Positions 59,197 through 64,000 of a stretch of 64,000 bases of DNA are shown here, piece after piece. The position numbers were made by a program, and so were the translations under genes. The notes under the pieces are model-generated. The model worked only from the letters and a program-made list of their open reading frames with translations, did no database searches and had not been told where the DNA came from. Where the stretch lies: the NCBI GenBank assembly GCA_019358915.1, contig JAHHIM010000036.1, positions 256,001 to 320,000 on the forward strand, in the 5' to 3' direction. The first letter of the stretch is position 1. The number at the start of each line of letters is the position of its first letter. This DNA comes from Trichormus sp. ATA11-4-KO1 (GTDB lineage Bacteria > Cyanobacteriota > Cyanobacteriia > Cyanobacteriales > Nostocaceae).

Positions 59197-59388
59197 TAAT
59201 ACCAGGGGACAGGCTGGAAAGTTCTTTGGTGTGCGGGTTTTATGATTAGTTTATGTTCTAACTTATTTCGTTAAATCAATTGCAGCGAATCAACCAGTTT
59301 GTAGCGACAATTGATTTACCGGATATTCTGGTGGGTATAAGCAATTGCCACCAGAATATTTGACTCGCTATGCAAACAAAGGAAACAG

Positions 59389-60015
59389 ATGGAAACTAAG
59401 CCAATGGAACCATCACTAGCACTCACAGAAATTCCCCCTGGCTATCTGAACATCATGGGTTATGTTGACGAGTCAGAAGTTAATGGACCTGGTTGTCGTG
59501 CTGTTATCTGGGTACAAGGTTGTCCGCGTGAGTGTCCTGGCTGCTTTAATCCTGACTCCTGGTCATTTGAGATTAACCAACTGATTTCTGTTGATACTCT
59601 GGCTGAAAAAATTCTCAACAAACCTCGCAATACAGGCGTAACATTCTCTGGTGGAGAACCTTTTTGGCAAGCAGCTGCACTAGCATCTCTAGCTCGCAAG
59701 CTAAAAGCTGCTGGGTTAAATGTGATGTCTTTCTCAGGGTTCACTCTGAAGCAACTACAATCTGAATCTGCTCCGCCAAATTCCCAAGAATTGTTAGAAG
59801 AACTAGATATTTTGATTGATGGGCCTTTTGTGGAGTCTCTAGCAATTAATTCTCCCAACTCCCCTGTTTCTTCTAAGAATCAACGGGTTAATGTCTTCAA
59901 CCTGGATTTATCCGACCAAATTACTTGGGCTAGCGACCAGATAGAAGTCCACATCCTCAAGGATGGTAGCCGCATTGTCACTGGCTACCAAGGTGGATTG
60001 ACGTTGAGTGATTAA
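59389..60015 (+). CDS. Radical SAM / 4Fe-4S protein, NrdG-like activase family
   Basis: NGPGCR, CPRECPGC (CxxxCxxC), SGGEPF, DILIDGPF. Confidence 0.88.
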   Translation: METKPMEPSLALTEIPPGYLNIMGYVDESEVNGPGCRAVIWVQGCPRECPGCFNPDSWSFEINQLISVDTLAEKILNKPRNTGVTFSGGEPFWQAAALASLARKLKAAGLNVMSFSGFTLKQLQSESAPPNSQELLEELDILIDGPFVESLAINSPNSPVSSKNQRVNVFNLDLSDQITWASDQIEVHILKDGSRIVTGYQGGLTLSD

Positions 60016-60281
60016 TATTTTTTGAGTAGTAAATTTACCGTGTTCTTAACGTTTTAACGCTGGCTGCCACAGTTCACATCTGATTAGCTGCTTCCATTAT
60101 TGATTGAGTGGGGGTTAATTTCTTCCTTTATTTTCGCTGATTTTCACCCCCACCTGCTAGTTCATCTGTTCTAACAAATCTGAGATGCTCCCAACTGATC
60201 CCTTAGTTATTACCATTTGTCATTAATTTACAGATCAGTGGTCAATAGAAAACAACTGATCAATCAACAAAGCTTGTCACA

Positions 60282-60725
60282 ATGAAACTAACTACCAGAG
60301 GACATTACAGTGTGAAGGCGTTACTAGATTTGAGCTTACAGCCAAGTTATGGGCCTGTACCTGTGAGAGCGATCGCTAAACGCCAAGATATCCCAGCACC
60401 TTACCTAGAGAAATTGCTAATAGAAATGCGTCGTGCGGGATTAGTGAAATCAATTCGGGGTAGCATTGGCGGTTACCAACTAGCACGAAAACCTGCACAA
60501 ATTTCTATAGGACAAATTTTGGAGGCTGTCGGCGAAACTATCACTCATTTACCTCATCACACTCCCACGCCAGCGCAAACTGAAGATTGGGTAACCTTTA
60601 CTCTTTGGCAGAGACTCAACCAAAAACTGAAAGAAGCTTTGTACAGTATTACTCTCGCAGATCTCTATTATGATGCTCGTAGTTGGCAAGCTTCTCTTGG
60701 GGAAGAAGCTAGCTTTGTTGTTTAG
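60282..60725 (+). CDS. Rrf2-family transcriptional regulator with no Cys residues
   Basis: MKLTTRGHYSV, YLEKLL, SIRGSIGGYQLA. Confidence 0.9.
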   Translation: MKLTTRGHYSVKALLDLSLQPSYGPVPVRAIAKRQDIPAPYLEKLLIEMRRAGLVKSIRGSIGGYQLARKPAQISIGQILEAVGETITHLPHHTPTPAQTEDWVTFTLWQRLNQKLKEALYSITLADLYYDARSWQASLGEEASFVV

Positions 60726-60765
60726 TTATTGGTCATTGGTCATTAGTCATCGGTCATTGGTTATT
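60724..60765. repeat. STRR2-like TTGGTCA tract
   Basis: TTGGTCA-TTGGTCA-TTAGTCA-TCGGTCA-TTGGTTA. Confidence 0.8.
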
Positions 60766-60785
60766 AGGGGTCACACATCAGACAA

Positions 60786-61748
60786 ATGACATTAGCAGTC
60801 GTTTTTATCGTTGCTGCACTTTTAGATTACTTCATCGGTGATCCTTGGGGTTGGCCTCATCCAGTGCAAGTTATGGGTGGGGTAATTTCTCGCCTGATAA
60901 AATTTTTTGGGCAAGTTTGTCAGAGTTCTTTAACACAACGGATGGCTGGAATTACGTTAGGCATGATCCTAATAATTGGTAGCGGCTGTGTCGGCTGGTT
61001 AATAATTCAAACTGCCAAAAGGCTGCATCCATTATTGGGAATTATCTTAGAAAGCATTCTTTTAGCTAGTTGTTTTGCTTTGAGAAGTCTGCGCGCAGCA
61101 GCCGAAGCTGTTTTACAACCTTTAACAGCAGGAGATATAGGGGAAGCGCGTCATATTTTAAGTAATTATGTTGGTCGAGATACACAAAACCTCTCAGAAC
61201 CAGAAATTTTGCGAGCCGTATTAGAAACAGTCACAGAAAATGCTACTGATGGAGTTATGGCTCCACTTTTTTATGCAATTGTTGGTGCTTGTTTACCAGG
61301 TGTAGGCCCAACTCCTTTGGCTTTGGCATATAAAGCCAGTAGTACCCTTGATTCAATGGTGGGCTATCGAGAAGCACCCTATACTTATTTGGGGTGGTTT
61401 AGTGCCAGGTTAGAAGATTGCTTAACTTGGTTACCTTGTCGCTTAACAGTAATCACCTTGGCAATTGTATCGGGTAAACCCGTGCATGTTTGGCGAATTT
61501 GTCGGCGAGATGCAGTTACTGATCCTAGTCCCAACTCTGGCTGGAGTGAGTGTGCTTATGCTGCTATTTTGGGCGTGCAAATGGGAGGTCAAAATTGGTA
61601 TCGCGGAGTAGCCAAACCAAAACCCCTGCTAGGAGATGCAATTTATCCCATCACGCCAAATTCTATTCAAAGTGCCCTGCAACTGACGCGATATTGCTTT
61701 TTATTGTGGTTAGCGATCGCTATACTCTCAATAAGCCTAAACAGGTAG
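60786..61748 (+). CDS. cobD: Adenosylcobinamide-phosphate synthase CbiB/CobD
   Basis: GDP...HPV, VGRDT, EN.TDGVMAPLFY, TLDSMVGY, SPNSGWSE. Confidence 0.93.
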   Translation: MTLAVVFIVAALLDYFIGDPWGWPHPVQVMGGVISRLIKFFGQVCQSSLTQRMAGITLGMILIIGSGCVGWLIIQTAKRLHPLLGIILESILLASCFALRSLRAAAEAVLQPLTAGDIGEARHILSNYVGRDTQNLSEPEILRAVLETVTENATDGVMAPLFYAIVGACLPGVGPTPLALAYKASSTLDSMVGYREAPYTYLGWFSARLEDCLTWLPCRLTVITLAIVSGKPVHVWRICRRDAVTDPSPNSGWSECAYAAILGVQMGGQNWYRGVAKPKPLLGDAIYPITPNSIQSALQLTRYCFLLWLAIAILSISLNR

Positions 61749-61884
61749 TAGAGGTGCAGAGGTGCAGAGGAGAAAAAACTAATATATATCTAGGTTCAGT
61801 CTAAAAATTAAATTACCACTACTCTGCATCCAAAAAGACTATCAGATTCTTTTCTTCTCCTGTCCCCTATCCCCTCTCTAAATT

Positions 61885-62418
61885 ATGTCTGCCAAAGTAG
61901 TCGAAATTCTCTCATCTGAAGACCTCCGCCGCACCTTAACGCGCCTGGCCTCTCAGATTGTGGAAAGGACGCGTGATTTATCCCAACTAGTACTCCTAGG
62001 TATTTATACTAGAGGAGCGGTATTAGCCGAATTGTTGGCACGTCAGATTGAAACTCTTGAAGGTGTCACCGTGGCGGTAGGAGCATTAGACATTACATTT
62101 TATCGAGATGATCTTGACCAAATTGGCTTAAGAACTCCAGCGAAAACCAACATTCCTTTTGATCTCACAGGAAAAACAGTTGTGCTGGTAGATGATGTGA
62201 TTTTCAAAGGTCGGACAATTCGCGCTGCATTAAATGCTGTCACTGAGTATGGTAGACCAGAAGTAATTCGTTTAGCTGTTTTAGTAGACAGGGGTCATCG
62301 AGAATTACCAATTCACCCAGATTTCATTGGCAAGCAGTTACCTACAGCCAAAGAAGAAGTGGTTAAAGTTTACTTACAAGATGGGGATGGCAGAGATGCC
62401 GTGGAATTGATGGGATGA
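61885..62418 (+). CDS. pyrR: Bifunctional pyr regulator / uracil phosphoribosyltransferase
   Basis: [41 protein letters not shown]. Confidence 0.95.
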   Translation: MSAKVVEILSSEDLRRTLTRLASQIVERTRDLSQLVLLGIYTRGAVLAELLARQIETLEGVTVAVGALDITFYRDDLDQIGLRTPAKTNIPFDLTGKTVVLVDDVIFKGRTIRAALNAVTEYGRPEVIRLAVLVDRGHRELPIHPDFIGKQLPTAKEEVVKVYLQDGDGRDAVELMG

Positions 62419-62420
62419 TG

Positions 62421-62480
62421 AAAGTGCTTCCTTCCTGAGTGCGCTTGCCCTGAGCGAAGTCGAAGGGGAGTGCTGAGTAA
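62421..62480. repeat. STRR tract with 24-bp small dispersed repeat
   Basis: GAGTGCG[CTTGCCCTGAGCGAAGTCGAAGGG]GAGTGCTGAG; element at 62444-62467. Confidence 0.8.
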
Positions 62481-62492
62481 AAATACTACTCC

Positions 62493-64000
62493 CTACTCCT
62501 TACTTTTAACAGTGCTAATAGTTTGTAATAACTGATTAGCTGTGTAGGGTTTGGATAAAAAGGCTTTGATGCCAATATCATAAGCTGCATTGACTTTATC
62601 ACTTGTTACCAGTCCACTGACGGCAATAATTTTGACACTCGGATTGATTTTTTGCAATGTCCTGATAGTTGTCATGCCATCCATAGATGGCATGACCATA
62701 TCTGTTAAAACAAGAGATATTTCATCTCGATGTTCCACATATAAAGCTATAGCTTCAATGCCATCGCTAGCTGTGATTGCTTTGTAGTTATGACTTTCTA
62801 GAGATGTTTTGGTAATATCACGAATGGCAACTTCGTCATCTACAACCAAAATCAATTCACCGTTACCTTGAGGTAAGTACTGTTCGACTTCTTCTATGGT
62901 TTCTGCGGCCTCTTGTGCTGGTAAATAAACTTGAAAGTGGCTACCTTTTCCCTGCTCGCTGTATACATTGACAAAACCACCGTGGCTTTTGATAATACCA
63001 AGTACTGTAGAAAGCCCTAATCCAGTGCCTTTACCAAGTTCTTTAGTGGTAAAAAATGGCTCAAATATCCGATCTAATATTTCTGGTGGAATACCTATTC
63101 CCGTATCGATAACGGTAATTACTACATAAGAGCCAACTTTAGCCTCAATGTTCATTTTGGTGTAATTTTCATCAACTAAAAGATTTTCAGCTGATATTTT
63201 TAAAGTGCCACCATTAGGCATAGCATCACGAGCATTAACACATAGATTCATCAGTACTTGATGTAGTTGGGTAGCATCACCAGATACTGTCCACAAGTTT
63301 TGTGGCATCCGAGTAGTAATTTCTATTGACTTGGGAAAGGTTTCTTTAATAATTTGCTGAACTTCTATAATTAAGTGTTTTAGTTGTAAAAGGGTGCGTT
63401 CCCCCTCCAGACCGCGAGTAAAAGATAGTACTTGCTTGACCAAATTAGCTCCACGTTTAGCATTGGAAATCAATATTGGCAGTAATTGCCGAGAGCGCTC
63501 ATCATTGATTTTTGACTCTAAAAGTTGCGCTGTCATCAAAATTGGAGCCAGAACATTGTTGAGGTCGTGGGCGATACCGCTTGCTAAAGTGCCAATACTT
63601 TCTAATCGTTGGGTGCGGAGAAATTGGGCTTCTAATTGTTTTTTTTGCGTAATATTAGTATTAACAACTAGGATGGATTTTGCTTTGTTACCAAAGTCGC
63701 GGACTAATGTCCAACGGCTTTCGACAATAATGTCTTTACCTGATTTGGTTCTTTGATGTAACTCTCCCTCCCAGGAACCATTTTTCATCAAATAGTTGAA
63801 TGCTGCTTGTAATAGAGGTTCATTTTTTTCATGCCACAAATCTTGTGTTTTTTTACCAATGGCTTCTTCTTTTTTCCAACCGTATAAACTCTCTGCCGCT
63901 TTATTCCAAAATAAAACTGGATCGTCTAAATCATGTACAAAAATGGCATCGGTGGCGATGTCAAGTAAAGCAGCTTGCTCGCGGATTTTTTGTTCTGTTT
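62493..64000 (-). CDS. Hybrid PAS histidine kinase / receiver, 5' end outside the window
   Basis: Frame open to the window edge (IREQAALLDIATDAIF...FWNKAAE PAS), AHDLNN H-box, NLCVNARDAM, GTGLGL, C-terminal REC. Confidence 0.93.
   Translation of the reverse strand, partial: TEQKIREQAALLDIATDAIFVHDLDDPVLFWNKAAESLYGWKKEEAIGKKTQDLWHEKNEPLLQAAFNYLMKNGSWEGELHQRTKSGKDIIVESRWTLVRDFGNKAKSILVVNTNITQKKQLEAQFLRTQRLESIGTLASGIAHDLNNVLAPILMTAQLLESKINDERSRQLLPILISNAKRGANLVKQVLSFTRGLEGERTLLQLKHLIIEVQQIIKETFPKSIEITTRMPQNLWTVSGDATQLHQVLMNLCVNARDAMPNGGTLKISAENLLVDENYTKMNIEAKVGSYVVITVIDTGIGIPPEILDRIFEPFFTTKELGKGTGLGLSTVLGIIKSHGGFVNVYSEQGKGSHFQVYLPAQEAAETIEEVEQYLPQGNGELILVVDDEVAIRDITKTSLESHNYKAITASDGIEAIALYVEHRDEISLVLTDMVMPSMDGMTTIRTLQKINPSVKIIAVSGLVTSDKVNAAYDIGIKAFLSKPYTANQLLQTISTVKSKE

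Larger units (their letters stand above)
3437..61720. repeat. HIP1 octamer GCGATCGC dispersed through the window
   Basis: More than 40 copies by manual reading, e.g. 3437, 5458, 7598, 19336, 21624, 29021, 41539, 58231, 61713. Confidence 0.95.

Noticed and set aside
61749..61884. PyrR attenuator upstream of pyrR
   Set aside because: No PyrR-binding-loop motif or terminator/antiterminator pair recognised; only short GGTGCAGA repeats
996..63756. Numerous 60-130-aa ORFs overlapping long genes (e.g. 996-1226, 3075-3467, 5590-5925, 33900-34232, 59460-59858, 63394-63756)
   Set aside because: Antisense or alternate-frame shadows of well-supported CDSs, with no independent motifs

Overview
Chromosomal window of a heterocyst-forming (Nostocales-type) cyanobacterium, judged from dozens of HIP1 octamers (GCGATCGC), heptamer STRR arrays and gene content. 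Core genes: dacB, ilvB, a His-tailed ferrochelatase paralogue, rdgB, dnaA (no adjacent dnaN), an HtrA protease, ylqF/rbgA, ndhQ (missed by the ORF track), a PlsY-PEP-synthase-like fusion, a phosphoketolase-like enzyme, a P450, crtO, cobD, pyrR and several two-component genes. It also holds the CO2-concentrating cluster cmpR <- ccmK2-K1-L-M-N-O, divergent from ndhF4-ndhD4-cupB. Accessory or decaying material: a helicase-IV-like gene with an embedded nuclease-like motif split by one in-frame TGA, a truncated aspartic protease, a collapsed tyrosine-integrase remnant, two stand-alone Rpn C-terminal domains that keep their own RBS, a GxxExxY gene bracketed by inverted triple-decamer repeats, and many nested MITE/REP/small dispersed repeats. 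The most unexplained signal is an ORF-free ~350-nt region (41626-41971) that folds by eye into a multi-helix RNA whose G-U pairs favour the + strand. I found no rRNA, tRNA, CRISPR array or intact transposase. All calls come from motif recognition by eye; no database search or folding program was run.
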